Below, one piece after another: positions 33,266 to 42,383 of a DNA stretch of 49,337 bases. Position numbers and translations under genes: made by a program. The notes under the pieces were generated by a model. The model was not told the DNA's origin. It made no database searches and saw only the letters and a list, made by a program, of their open reading frames with translations. Each line of letters opens with the position of its first letter. Position 1 is the first letter of the stretch. The DNA comes from Escherichia phage phiD2-2: the sequence record OR861627.1; one strand, written 5' to 3'.

Positions 33266-36200
33266 ATGATTCAAAAAGTGATAAGTGGATCTAAAGGCGG
33301 CTCGCCTAAGCCTCATAATCCAGTTGAGATGGAAGACAATCTAATCTCAATCAACAAAATCAAGATCCTGTTAGCTGTATCTGATGGTGAAATTGACGAA
33401 ACATTCAGCCTGAAGCAGTTGATGTTTAACTCAGTCCCGGTGCAAAACGAGGATGGATCGTTCAACTTCGAAGGGGTAAAGGCTGAGTTCAGGCCGGGAA
33501 CTCAGACGCAGGAATACATCAAGGGCATGGAGGATAGTTCCAGCGAGGTAACTGTAAATCGTGAGGTTACTACCGATAACCCATACACGATCTCAGTGAC
33601 CAATAAAACACTATCGGCAATACGCATCAAAATGTTCATGCCTCGCGGCGTACGAATTGAAAGTAACGGTGATAAAAATGGCGTAAGAGTTGAGTATGAG
33701 GTGCAACAAGCTGTTGATGGCGGTTCGTTTGAGACTGTTCTTACTGACGTAATTGAAGGCAAAACAATGTCAGGTTACGACAGAAGTCGACGTGTAAACC
33801 TGCCTAGCTTTAACAACCAGGTAATATTCAGAGTTGTTCGAAAGACTCCAGACTCTAACGACTCTAACGTTGTTGATGCGATCCAGGTAAAGAGCTATGC
33901 CGAGGTGATTGATGCCAAATTCCGTTACCCTCTGACAGGTCTTCTTTTCGTCGAGTTCGACTCGAAGATGTTCCCAAACCAGTTACCTACGATCTCAATT
34001 CGTAAGCGCTGGAAGATTGTAAGCGTTCCGTCGAACTACGACCCAGAATCGCGAACATACAACGGCAATTGGGATGGCACTTTCAAAAAAGCATGGACGA
34101 ACAATCCGGCGTGGGTTCTTTATGACCTGATGATTAATCAGCGTTACGGCTTGGATCAGAAAGAGCTTGGTATCGCTGTCGATAAATGGGCGCTCTACGA
34201 GGCTGCGCAATATTGCGATCAGATGGTTCCTGATGGGAAGGGCGGGACGGAACCTCGATACCTTTGCGACGTGATAATCCAGTCTCAGACTGACGCTTAC
34301 AAGGTTATTCGAGATATTTGCTCAATCTTTCGAGGTATGAGCTTTTGGAATGGCGAAAGCATTTCGGTAATCATCGATAGGCCGCGTGAGCCTGCGTACA
34401 TCTTCACTAACGACAACGTGGTTAATGGTGACTTCTCCTACACGTTTGCAAGCGAAAAGAGCATGTACACGACGTGTAATGTGATGTTTGACGACGAGCA
34501 AAACATGTATCAGCAGGACGTTGAGCCAGTATTCGATCGTGAGGCTACTCTACGGTTCGGGAACAACGTAACGAGCATTACAGCGATCGGCTGCACACGT
34601 CGAAGCGAGGCCAACCGACGCGGGAGATGGATTCTGAAAACTAACCTCCGCAGCACTACGGTAAACTTCGCTACCGGACTTGAGGGTATGATTCCGACAA
34701 TCGGAGATGTTGTGGCAATAGCTGATAACTTCTGGTCAAGTAACTTGACGATGAACCTATCAGGGCGCTTGCTCGAAGTATCCGGTAGTCAGATTTTCTT
34801 GCCGCTCCGGGTGGATGCACGCGCGGGTGACTTTATTATCGTAAATAAGCCAGATGGCAAGCCCGTGAAGCGCACAATATCAAGTGTTAGTGCGGATGGT
34901 AAGACTATAGAGGTTAACATTGGCTTTGGCTTTCCTGTGAAGCCTAACACGGTATTCGCTATCGACCGCACCGACATTGCGTTACAGCAGTACGTCGTGA
35001 CAAAAATCGATAAGGGCGATGATGATGAGGAATTTACCTACAAAATAACGGCGGTGGAGTACGATCCTAACAAGTACGATGAGATTGATTACGGAGTTAA
35101 TATCGACGACCGACCGACGAGCATCGTTGAACCAGATCAGATCCCTAGACCGGAAAACGTGCAAGTGTCCTCAGAGTCACGAATCGTCCAGGGGATGAGC
35201 GTAGAAACGATGATTGTTAGCTGGGATAAAGTGCCGTACGCAGTTTTCTATGACGTCCAGTGGCGAAAGGATAACGGCAACTGGCAAAATGTACCGCAGA
35301 CAGCAAACAAAGAGGTATACGTTGAAGGTATTTACGCTGGCAACTATCAGGTTCGCGTTCGCTCCGTAGCTGGTTCCGGTACGACTTCAGGATGGTCAAA
35401 TGTCGTAGCTGCGACGCTGACGGGCAAACAAGGTGAGCCGGGTGGACCGATTAACCTTACAGCTACGGATGATGTTGTTTTTGGTATCCGTACAAAATGG
35501 GGGTTCTCTGATGGTTCTGGAGATACGGCCTATACAGAGTTGCAACAGTCACCAGATGGAACAGTGGATAACGCAAGTTTGCTTTCTTTGATTCCGTACC
35601 CGCAGCATGAGTATTATCACTCACCGATGCCTGGAGGGAATATTGTTTGGTATCGTGTAAGGACGGTTGATAGGATCGGTAACGTGTCTCAGTGGACTGA
35701 TTTTGTCAGAGGTATGGCATCAACAAACGTTGACGATATCATTGGGGAGATTTCTGTCGATATCGAAAACTCGCCGGGTTACGAGTGGCTTGTTGATAAC
35801 GCAACCGACAACGCGGCGCAGAACGCAGCTAACGCAGAGGCAGCAATAGAAAACGCGCTCGCCAATGACAAAGACGCGATCTACATGAAGAAGGAGAACG
35901 GAAAACGAAAAGCTGAGTACACGAAATCACTGAAACTTATTGCTGATGAGACGCAGGCGCGAGTGACGGCGATCGAGCAATTGAAGGCAAGTTTTGGCGA
36001 TCAGATTAGCGCTAGCAACAGCGAATTGCGTGAAGTTATCGCAACTGAGACTGGAGCGCTATCGCGTGAAATTGACCAACTCAGGGCAGAGATTGGTGAT
36101 GATATCCAGGCAAGTTTGACCGATATCAGAGAGGCTATAGCAAACGAGACTGAGGCGAGAACGCAAGCTGACTTGTCGTTAAGCGCGAGGCTTGGGAATA

Positions 36201-36685
36201 ATGAGGCAGCACTTTCTCAAAAACTTGATTCGTGGAGCAATGCAGATTCGACTGGTGCAATGTACGGCGTCAAGCTCGGTCTGAAGTATAACGGCCAAGA
36301 ATACAGTGCAGGCATGGCTATGTCTCTGATTGGTTCCGGAGCTGCGGTTAAGGCGCAGATTTTGTTTGAGGCATCACGATTTGCCATCATGAATGGAATG
36401 AATGGTCAGACTCAGTACCCATTCGTTGTTGAGAATGGCCAGGTTATTTTAAGTAGCGCGATTATCAAGAACGGATTCATCACGAATGCGATGATTGGTA
36501 ATGTTATTCAATCGAATAACTATGTCGTTAACAAGGCTGGCTGGATACTTGACAAGGGTGGAACATTAGAAAACTACGGAAGTGACGCTGAGGGTGCAAT
36601 GAAGCAAACTAATACCACAATATCTGTTAGGGATGCGAGTGGTCGCCTGAGGGTTCAGATTGGCAGGTTGACTGGTTCATGGTAA
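33266..36685 (+). CDS. central tail fibre / tip attachment protein (lambda gpJ-like)
   Basis: 1139 aa after the M-L-K-I series; coiled-coil segment near residue 850-950. Confidence 0.8.
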   Translation: MIQKVISGSKGGSPKPHNPVEMEDNLISINKIKILLAVSDGEIDETFSLKQLMFNSVPVQNEDGSFNFEGVKAEFRPGTQTQEYIKGMEDSSSEVTVNREVTTDNPYTISVTNKTLSAIRIKMFMPRGVRIESNGDKNGVRVEYEVQQAVDGGSFETVLTDVIEGKTMSGYDRSRRVNLPSFNNQVIFRVVRKTPDSNDSNVVDAIQVKSYAEVIDAKFRYPLTGLLFVEFDSKMFPNQLPTISIRKRWKIVSVPSNYDPESRTYNGNWDGTFKKAWTNNPAWVLYDLMINQRYGLDQKELGIAVDKWALYEAAQYCDQMVPDGKGGTEPRYLCDVIIQSQTDAYKVIRDICSIFRGMSFWNGESISVIIDRPREPAYIFTNDNVVNGDFSYTFASEKSMYTTCNVMFDDEQNMYQQDVEPVFDREATLRFGNNVTSITAIGCTRRSEANRRGRWILKTNLRSTTVNFATGLEGMIPTIGDVVAIADNFWSSNLTMNLSGRLLEVSGSQIFLPLRVDARAGDFIIVNKPDGKPVKRTISSVSADGKTIEVNIGFGFPVKPNTVFAIDRTDIALQQYVVTKIDKGDDDEEFTYKITAVEYDPNKYDEIDYGVNIDDRPTSIVEPDQIPRPENVQVSSESRIVQGMSVETMIVSWDKVPYAVFYDVQWRKDNGNWQNVPQTANKEVYVEGIYAGNYQVRVRSVAGSGTTSGWSNVVAATLTGKQGEPGGPINLTATDDVVFGIRTKWGFSDGSGDTAYTELQQSPDGTVDNASLLSLIPYPQHEYYHSPMPGGNIVWYRVRTVDRIGNVSQWTDFVRGMASTNVDDIIGEISVDIENSPGYEWLVDNATDNAAQNAANAEAAIENALANDKDAIYMKKENGKRKAEYTKSLKLIADETQARVTAIEQLKASFGDQISASNSELREVIATETGALSREIDQLRAEIGDDIQASLTDIREAIANETEARTQADLSLSARLGNNEAALSQKLDSWSNADSTGAMYGVKLGLKYNGQEYSAGMAMSLIGSGAAVKAQILFEASRFAIMNGMNGQTQYPFVVENGQVILSSAIIKNGFITNAMIGNVIQSNNYVVNKAGWILDKGGTLENYGSDAEGAMKQTNTTISVRDASGRLRVQIGRLTGSW

Positions 36686-36690
36686 TATCA

Positions 36691-36718
36691 AGGGCATCGA
36701 GAGATGCTCTTTTCTTTT
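36691..36718 (+). terminator. rho-independent terminator after the J-like gene
   Basis: Stem GGGCATC/GATGCTC then TTTTCTTTT. Confidence 0.6.
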
Positions 36719-36730
36719 GGAGGATTTATT

Positions 36731-37036
36731 ATGGCGTACGGTATATCAACTTGGGACGCAAATGGCGTTTATAATAACTATGGAATTAAGCCTGTTACGG
36801 TTGTTGGTTGGAACTTTTTGTCAGCAGGACAGAATTCAGCATCGTTCAGCTATCAAGTTCCTCCTGGTATGCATGTGAACTACGTTATAAGCCTTGACAA
36901 TGGCGCCATTAGTGGGCCTGGCAGGAAAATTATTGCTAGCGGTAATACGATAACAGTAACGCCAACAAACTCACCCGGGCCAAACGTGTACCCATCATCA
37001 AACTGTTACTTAATAGCATATCTGGAGAATGATTAA
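36731..37036 (+). CDS. small tail-fibre-region protein (about 101 aa)
   Basis: Track ORF trimmed to MAYGISTW with GGAGGA RBS; N-terminus resembles the next gene (MSYGAF). Confidence 0.5.
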   Translation: MAYGISTWDANGVYNNYGIKPVTVVGWNFLSAGQNSASFSYQVPPGMHVNYVISLDNGAISGPGRKIIASGNTITVTPTNSPGPNVYPSSNCYLIAYLEND

Positions 37037-37725
37037 TGTCATACGGTGCTTTTATAGATGTAAACGGAAACCCATTCATAACCCCGTTATCCACGCCATT
37101 CGCCTTATATGAGAGAGGGGAAATTCAATCAGTAAATGTTAGTGGTTCACAGGTTGCGGAGAGATATGTTCGGATACCTACAGGTGTTCCGGTTATAGCT
37201 TTTTGCAAAACAACAAACACGCAGCAGGGGACCGCGCTTTCAGCCTTTACTTTCAGAAGCGGACCCAATGTTGGAACTGTTTATATAAGGGGGACAAATC
37301 CAGCAAACCAATCATACACGCTAACATACTACATATTTGCCATATTTGAGCAGTCACTACCGAGCTGGGGTATGGCAATATGGGATTCGTCAGGAAAGCT
37401 AGTGCTGACAAATGAGACAAAAGTCCTTAGTGATTTGGTTACAATCGGCACTCCTGGATACGCTGGAGGTGGATTAAACATAGACGCAACACTCAGCGGA
37501 AGCTACGCAGTTGTTCCAACTATACTTGGCAACTATCAAATTGTTATTGGCAGGCTGCCAACTGGGCAACCCATAATAGGAAACTCAACAGCAGGCAGCT
37601 CATGCAGATACAACGGGAGCACAACGAGAATAAATGCAGCAGCAACCACTGCGGCAGGTCGGATATTGAACACCACGAATAATGGAAATATTATAACAGC
37701 AATAAAAACGGCAGCATACGACTAA
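37036..37725 (+). CDS. tail-fibre-region protein, possible receptor-binding accessory (229 aa)
   Basis: Track ORF with ATGA overlap to the previous gene; Gly/Thr/Asn-rich. Confidence 0.5.
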   Translation: MSYGAFIDVNGNPFITPLSTPFALYERGEIQSVNVSGSQVAERYVRIPTGVPVIAFCKTTNTQQGTALSAFTFRSGPNVGTVYIRGTNPANQSYTLTYYIFAIFEQSLPSWGMAIWDSSGKLVLTNETKVLSDLVTIGTPGYAGGGLNIDATLSGSYAVVPTILGNYQIVIGRLPTGQPIIGNSTAGSSCRYNGSTTRINAAATTAAGRILNTTNNGNIITAIKTAAYD

Positions 37726-37750
37726 GCCCCTTTCGGGGCTTTTCTTTTAC
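37724..37750. terminator. bidirectional terminator between fibre-region gene and lipoprotein gene
   Basis: Stem AAGCCCC/GGGGCTT with TTTC loop then T-run. Confidence 0.65.
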
Positions 37751-37980
37751 ATCGAGCAATCGTGAGACTTGAAGTTATTCTCTGATACGTAATGGAATGA
37801 GAATGGATACCCAGCACGTAACAGCATCTCATCACCGCGCATCTTTGATCCAAAAACGGAAACCGAGTACTCTGCGTCACCTGATTCATAAATCGCAGTA
37901 CAAGTGCGCTCAGGCATCGATGAGCAACCAGTCAGGATGAATGCCGCAGCAATAATGGTGATTAATTTTTTCATTTGCAT
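37747..37980 (-). CDS. outer-membrane lipoprotein, Cor/Llp-like superinfection-exclusion candidate
   Basis: Convergent to the fibre genes; signal peptide with lipobox (MKKLITIIAAAFILTGCSS); short Cys-containing mature part; GAGGA RBS. Track start 38040 trimmed. Confidence 0.5.
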   Translation of the reverse strand: MQMKKLITIIAAAFILTGCSSMPERTCTAIYESGDAEYSVSVFGSKMRGDEMLLRAGYPFSFHYVSENNFKSHDCSM

Positions 37981-38040
37981 GTCCTCGTCGTTAGTGTGAT
38001 TGCATTGTATGTCGCATTTACTTTTATTGCAATAGCGCAA

Positions 38041-38502
38041 TTACAATTTTTTTTCGTGTAACGGGTGTCTATTTTTGTAACTGGAGATGGTGTTACAAAA
38101 TCTACCCAATCCGAACGCAGGTAGATATGATAAAAACTCTATATAATATATATAGATAGATAATATTTAATTTTAGCTTTATATATATAATTATTGTTGT
38201 GTAACAGTTGTCTATCGTGTAACTGGTGATTTGATTGATTCGTCAAATTTCTATCATATATGTTCAAAATTTAATCAATATGGATTCTACTTGTAGCTAT
38301 CCCTGTATTTCTAAGAAAAAGCGGTTACAAGTATTACACAGTAGACATCACATAAAAATAGACTTAAGCCATTGATTCCGTTAATGCTGGTTGTAACTTG
38401 AGCGATATAGACACGCTATTACACACCAATTACATGTATCCGATTGACTAAACGCTGTTAATGGCTATAATGGATTCATCGTAAACGAGGGAGATAAACG
38501 CA
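38041..38502. promoter_or_regulatory. AT-rich divergent control hub 2 with GTGTAAC-N-GTCTAT-N-GTAACTGG iterons
   Basis: Direct copies at 38055-38084 and 38197-38226, inverted copies near 38320-38350 and 38388-38426, TA-rich tract 38130-38200, consensus promoter at 38444-38471. Confidence 0.55.
38444..38471 (+). promoter_or_regulatory. sigma70-type promoter for the recombination operon
   Basis: TTGACT, 16-bp spacer, TATAAT; about 30 nt upstream of the exonuclease ATG. Confidence 0.65.
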
Positions 38503-39567
38503 ATGTTCCAGGTGTTCACATCAAGTCAGCTTTCTAATGACGAGTATCATAGCAACGAAGGTTGGGCGGCAGAGTATGTAAGCGGTTCTAGCCTTGCAGA
38601 AATTTATCAGACTTGCCCGGCCAACTGGAGATTCAAGAAGAATGAGACAACGAAGGCGCTGGAGTTTGGTACTCAGTCGCATACCAACTTTGAGAGCCGA
38701 GATCTGTTTACTGCAACGTATGCACGTTGTCCGGCTCCGTCAGAGTTCAAGGATCTGATTACGTCACAAGCCGCACTGGCTGCAAAATTAAAATCTTTCG
38801 GCCTGAAAGGTACATCCGGTAAGCAGTACCCGGACCTCATCAAGATGATGGTTGATTGCGGTGAAGAGCTAAACGTCCAATATCTGATCGAGTTGATTGC
38901 GGAAGCAGAGGCGCGCTCTGAAGGAAAGAAATTGGTTGACGCTGACAAATACGACGCTTGCATGAAGATGAGAGCAATCCTTGAACAAAATCCTGATCAC
39001 GAAGCGTGCATCAACAGTGAAACGGCGCAGCGTGAGATTTCAATCTTCGGTGAGATATCCGGCGTCAAGGTTAAGGTTCGACTTGACCATCTGGACTACA
39101 AAGAGAATGTTCCAGGTCGTGTCCTGACTGGTTATGATGAGAATGGAGATCCGGTATTCGAAGATGTTATTTTCCCTGAAGCACTGATTATCACTGACTT
39201 CAAAACAACAATGAGCGCCAACCCGTTAGAGTTCCCGAGACTGGCATACAATCACGGGTATTATCTGAAAATGGCCTTGCAGCATGATCTGCTACGACGC
39301 GCAATCCAGGCTGGCGCTTTTGAAGGCAACTTCCCGGAAGATATCCCGATCGTAGTTCGATTGCTGGCTCAGGAGAAAAAAGAGCCTTACATCGCACTTG
39401 CTTACCGTATGACTATGGAGCAAATCAGGATCGGTCGTAGCCAGTATGTTAGCGTAGTCCACACTTACAAGGCTTGCTCTGAAATGGATGTTTGGCCTGG
39501 GTACGCTGGCGACGCAAGCGAGATTGAACTTGAAACGCCATCATGGGTGCGTTACCAAAATAAGTAA
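38503..39567 (+). CDS. PD-(D/E)XK-type recombination exonuclease (RecE/YqaJ-like)
   Basis: 354 aa upstream of Erf and SSB; RLDHLD, ITDFKTT (D-x-K) and YYLKMALQ segments fit the nuclease core. Confidence 0.6.
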   Translation: MFQVFTSSQLSNDEYHSNEGWAAEYVSGSSLAEIYQTCPANWRFKKNETTKALEFGTQSHTNFESRDLFTATYARCPAPSEFKDLITSQAALAAKLKSFGLKGTSGKQYPDLIKMMVDCGEELNVQYLIELIAEAEARSEGKKLVDADKYDACMKMRAILEQNPDHEACINSETAQREISIFGEISGVKVKVRLDHLDYKENVPGRVLTGYDENGDPVFEDVIFPEALIITDFKTTMSANPLEFPRLAYNHGYYLKMALQHDLLRRAIQAGAFEGNFPEDIPIVVRLLAQEKKEPYIALAYRMTMEQIRIGRSQYVSVVHTYKACSEMDVWPGYAGDASEIELETPSWVRYQNK

Positions 39568-39641
39568 ACGGCACAAATAGCTAAACAAATAATTAATGAG
39601 GTGTTATAATGCACCTCATACACCAATCAGGAGAAGTTAAG

Positions 39642-40289
39642 ATGCAATTATCACCAGAAACAAACGAAATTCTTCCCGCACTGTTCAATGCTCGCAACAA
39701 ATTTGCTAAAGCAAAGAAGGACGCAAAAAACAATCACCTGAAAAATTCATACGCAACCCTTGATGCAATGATGGCGGCCGTTAGCCCGGCGCTCACCGAT
39801 AACGATATTATGATCCTGCAATCAATGCTGGACACCAGCACGGAAACAACCTTCCATCTTGAAACGATGCTGATTCACAAATCCGGGCAATGGGCCAAGT
39901 TCTTCATGATGATGCCTATTGCAAAGCGCGATCCTCAAGGTGTAGGCTCAGCGATGACGTATGCGCGGCGTTACTCATTAGCCGCAGCGCTGGGGATTAG
40001 CCAGAGTGATGACGATGCTCAGCTTGCAGTGAAATCTGTCAAGGACTGGAAAAAAGAACTTGATGCGTGTGAAGATATCGAATCACTGAAAGAGGTATGG
40101 GCTAACGCTTACCGCCAGACGGACACGGCAAGCAAGTCAATCATTCAGGATCACTACAACGCACTTAAGGCTAAGTTTGAGATCGGTAAAGCTCGTGGTA
40201 TTCGCCCGGCGCAACCGGAGCAGAAAAAACAGGTTGAAGCAACGAGCGCGAAGCCTGTACAATCTCAATCAATCACCAACTTCGAATAA
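39642..40289 (+). CDS. erf: ERF-family single-strand annealing protein
   Basis: GVGSAMTYARRYSLAAALGI resembles the Erf core motif; sits between exonuclease and SSB; track ORF trimmed to MQLSPE. Confidence 0.6.
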   Translation: MQLSPETNEILPALFNARNKFAKAKKDAKNNHLKNSYATLDAMMAAVSPALTDNDIMILQSMLDTSTETTFHLETMLIHKSGQWAKFFMMMPIAKRDPQGVGSAMTYARRYSLAAALGISQSDDDAQLAVKSVKDWKKELDACEDIESLKEVWANAYRQTDTASKSIIQDHYNALKAKFEIGKARGIRPAQPEQKKQVEATSAKPVQSQSITNFE

Positions 40290-40335
40290 TCATCAGGACG
40301 GCTTCGGTCGCCCATAAATTTTAGGAGAGAAAATC

Positions 40336-40749
40336 ATGCATATTATCACTGGAGAGATCCGAAAAGAACCTAAGATTCTTGAACGTAACGGCGGGAATAC
40401 TTATATAATCGAACTGGCAGAGAGCTACAAGCCTCGAGATGGAGATCGAGAATACACCAACTACACATTCTTTTTTAGCGACGGTGGAAAGCCTGGCCTT
40501 GCTGACTGGTATCGTGAAGCATTCCAGGTTGGTCGCGTCGTATCAGTATCATGCGAGACGTTGAAGATCTCATCCCGTGAACACAATGGAACGGTTTACA
40601 ATTCATTGCAGGCCGCTGACTTCCCGAAGTTGGTATTTAGTCAACGAGGACAAAGCAATCAACAACGAGCACCGCAGCAACAACAGCGAACGCAATCACA
40701 GCCACAGCCAAATCCTCAATCAACTTTCGATGATGATATCCCGTTCTAA
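40336..40749 (+). CDS. ssb: single-stranded DNA-binding protein
   Basis: Gln/Pro-rich linker ending in the acidic tip DDDIPF, as in bacterial SSB; 137 aa. Confidence 0.7.
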   Translation: MHIITGEIRKEPKILERNGGNTYIIELAESYKPRDGDREYTNYTFFFSDGGKPGLADWYREAFQVGRVVSVSCETLKISSREHNGTVYNSLQAADFPKLVFSQRGQSNQQRAPQQQQRTQSQPQPNPQSTFDDDIPF

Positions 40750-40750
40750 C

Positions 40751-40782
40751 AAAAATCCCCGCAATGCGGGGATTTTATCATT
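40751..40782. terminator. bidirectional terminator between SSB and side tail fibre
   Basis: A5, stem AATCCCCGC/GCGGGGATT, T-run. Confidence 0.7.
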
Positions 40783-42283
40783 TGGACTTCAACATTTTTA
40801 TCTCTTCTTGTAACTCTTCAACTTTCTTTATTGTATCCTGTAAAGCTCTCATAGTGTCAAGCAATAAAGGAGTTGTATCAAGCTCAAGCCTTTCAACTTT
40901 TGGCCCGTTTAGCTCGTGGCTCTCATACACCCTTCTCTTAACATATAGATTGTCGATCTCTTCTATCTCCTGAGCTATAACACCTCTCCTTACCCTTTCT
41001 TGCTCATCATCGTTAAATATAAAGTTCCTAAATCTCATTGATTTTATGTTGTTGTATGCAATGCTTGATTCATCATCCTTTATGCCGTGCTTTATATTTC
41101 TGTCAGATGCCGGAACCTGTTGGAAACTTCCAGCCCCTTGCGGTCCAGCGTAAGATATTTGCCCTGAAGCCATAAACCTGAAATGCATTTGCAGACCAAT
41201 ATTGCCTGCTCCATCCCTATCTTGAGTGCCTACTGATATTTGTGCCCTGGGCCATTCAGGATTACCCGTAGTCATCATGCCAAATGCTACGCCGCCAACG
41301 TATCCCTGACCTCTGGTGTCACACGATCCAGCAATAAGTGATTGATAGTTTTCAGCACCACTATCAGCGGTGTAAGCATTACCCTGGAAGCATGAAGCAG
41401 ACCACATCTGGTTGTAACCCATAGATGTTTTCTGGCATAAAAACTGATTAGCTCTGAATCTATTGTTAGTCTCGAAGTAGTTTGCCCCCTCATAAAATAA
41501 TAAAGCCCCAGCATAACCATTATCGCTACGTTCTTTTCTGACGTAAATACCTGGCGTAGATATTCCATCAGGTGACATAATCATCAATGATGACAATATG
41601 GACTGACTACCCCAGCTAGAACCGTCCCATGAATTCCTTCCTGCACCTATAGCGCCAGTGGTGTTAATAGCAAGAAAGTTAACAGCATCATTTTCACCTA
41701 ACCCAATATTTTTTCTTGACTCTTTTTTATCCTCAAGACCAGCTAAATTGCCATCCTTAGTTAAAAGATTTTCAGCATTGATGCTGTTAGCTGCGTCTTT
41801 TGCTTCTTGAGCACTTACCGCAGCCGCATCTTTTGAGCTTACCGCATCGTCACGCGCTAATTCAGCCTGATTTTGCGCAGCTTGAGAATCAGATTTCGCC
41901 TGATTCACATCAGCAACTATTTGCTCAAGTTTATTCATATCAAGCTGATTTATCAGGTCTATAGCTGCCGCAATCTCAGTCTCTTTGCTTTGATAGTATC
42001 GAAGAGTCTCGGCGACGTTTTGAGCTAATCCGTTAACGGTTAGAGAGTCATTAAGTAGGATCACATACTTACCGTCATCGGCAGTCTGACCATCAGTAGA
42101 GATAGCCTTTAATTCTGTATCACTAACGATATCGCTAATCACAGCTAGCTTAATTGGTTGCTCAAGGAACACGATAGTTGCACCTACGCGAATAAGAGCA
42201 AGCTGGTCTTTCCATTTTGTATCGGTTCCGTGAACCGTTCCGTCTGCATCCATTGATGCAGTACCGCGTCGATATAAAGCCAT
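40778..42283 (-). CDS. side tail fibre with C-terminal intramolecular chaperone (peptidase S74-like) domain
   Basis: 501 aa; coiled-coil N-terminal region, Gly-rich beta region, C-terminal PASDRNIKHGIKDD followed by helical segment. Confidence 0.7.
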   Translation of the reverse strand: MALYRRGTASMDADGTVHGTDTKWKDQLALIRVGATIVFLEQPIKLAVISDIVSDTELKAISTDGQTADDGKYVILLNDSLTVNGLAQNVAETLRYYQSKETEIAAAIDLINQLDMNKLEQIVADVNQAKSDSQAAQNQAELARDDAVSSKDAAAVSAQEAKDAANSINAENLLTKDGNLAGLEDKKESRKNIGLGENDAVNFLAINTTGAIGAGRNSWDGSSWGSQSILSSLMIMSPDGISTPGIYVRKERSDNGYAGALLFYEGANYFETNNRFRANQFLCQKTSMGYNQMWSASCFQGNAYTADSGAENYQSLIAGSCDTRGQGYVGGVAFGMMTTGNPEWPRAQISVGTQDRDGAGNIGLQMHFRFMASGQISYAGPQGAGSFQQVPASDRNIKHGIKDDESSIAYNNIKSMRFRNFIFNDDEQERVRRGVIAQEIEEIDNLYVKRRVYESHELNGPKVERLELDTTPLLLDTMRALQDTIKKVEELQEEIKMLKSK

Positions 42284-42322
42284 AATATAAACTCCTTAAG
42301 TAAATAGCACGAATTGCTAAAC
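42284..42322 (-). promoter_or_regulatory. palindrome in operator-like position in the tail-fibre leader
   Basis: TTTAGCAATTCGTGCTATTT lies between the predicted promoter and the AAGGAG RBS. Confidence 0.45.
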
Positions 42323-42326
42323 ACAG

Positions 42327-42355
42327 ATTTTATCATCGCGCCACGAGTCTTGCAA
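42327..42355 (-). promoter_or_regulatory. candidate sigma70 promoter for the side tail fibre gene
   Basis: Leftward reading TTGCAA, 17 bp, TAAAAT; predicted start falls on the palindrome at 42304-42322. Confidence 0.45.
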
Positions 42356-42372
42356 CGGGCAATAAAAAACCG
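42340..42372 (-). terminator. rho-independent terminator after primase
   Basis: Leftward reading: AACCGCC-TTCG-GGCGGTT then T6. Confidence 0.7.
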
Positions 42373-42383
42373 CCCGAAGGCGG

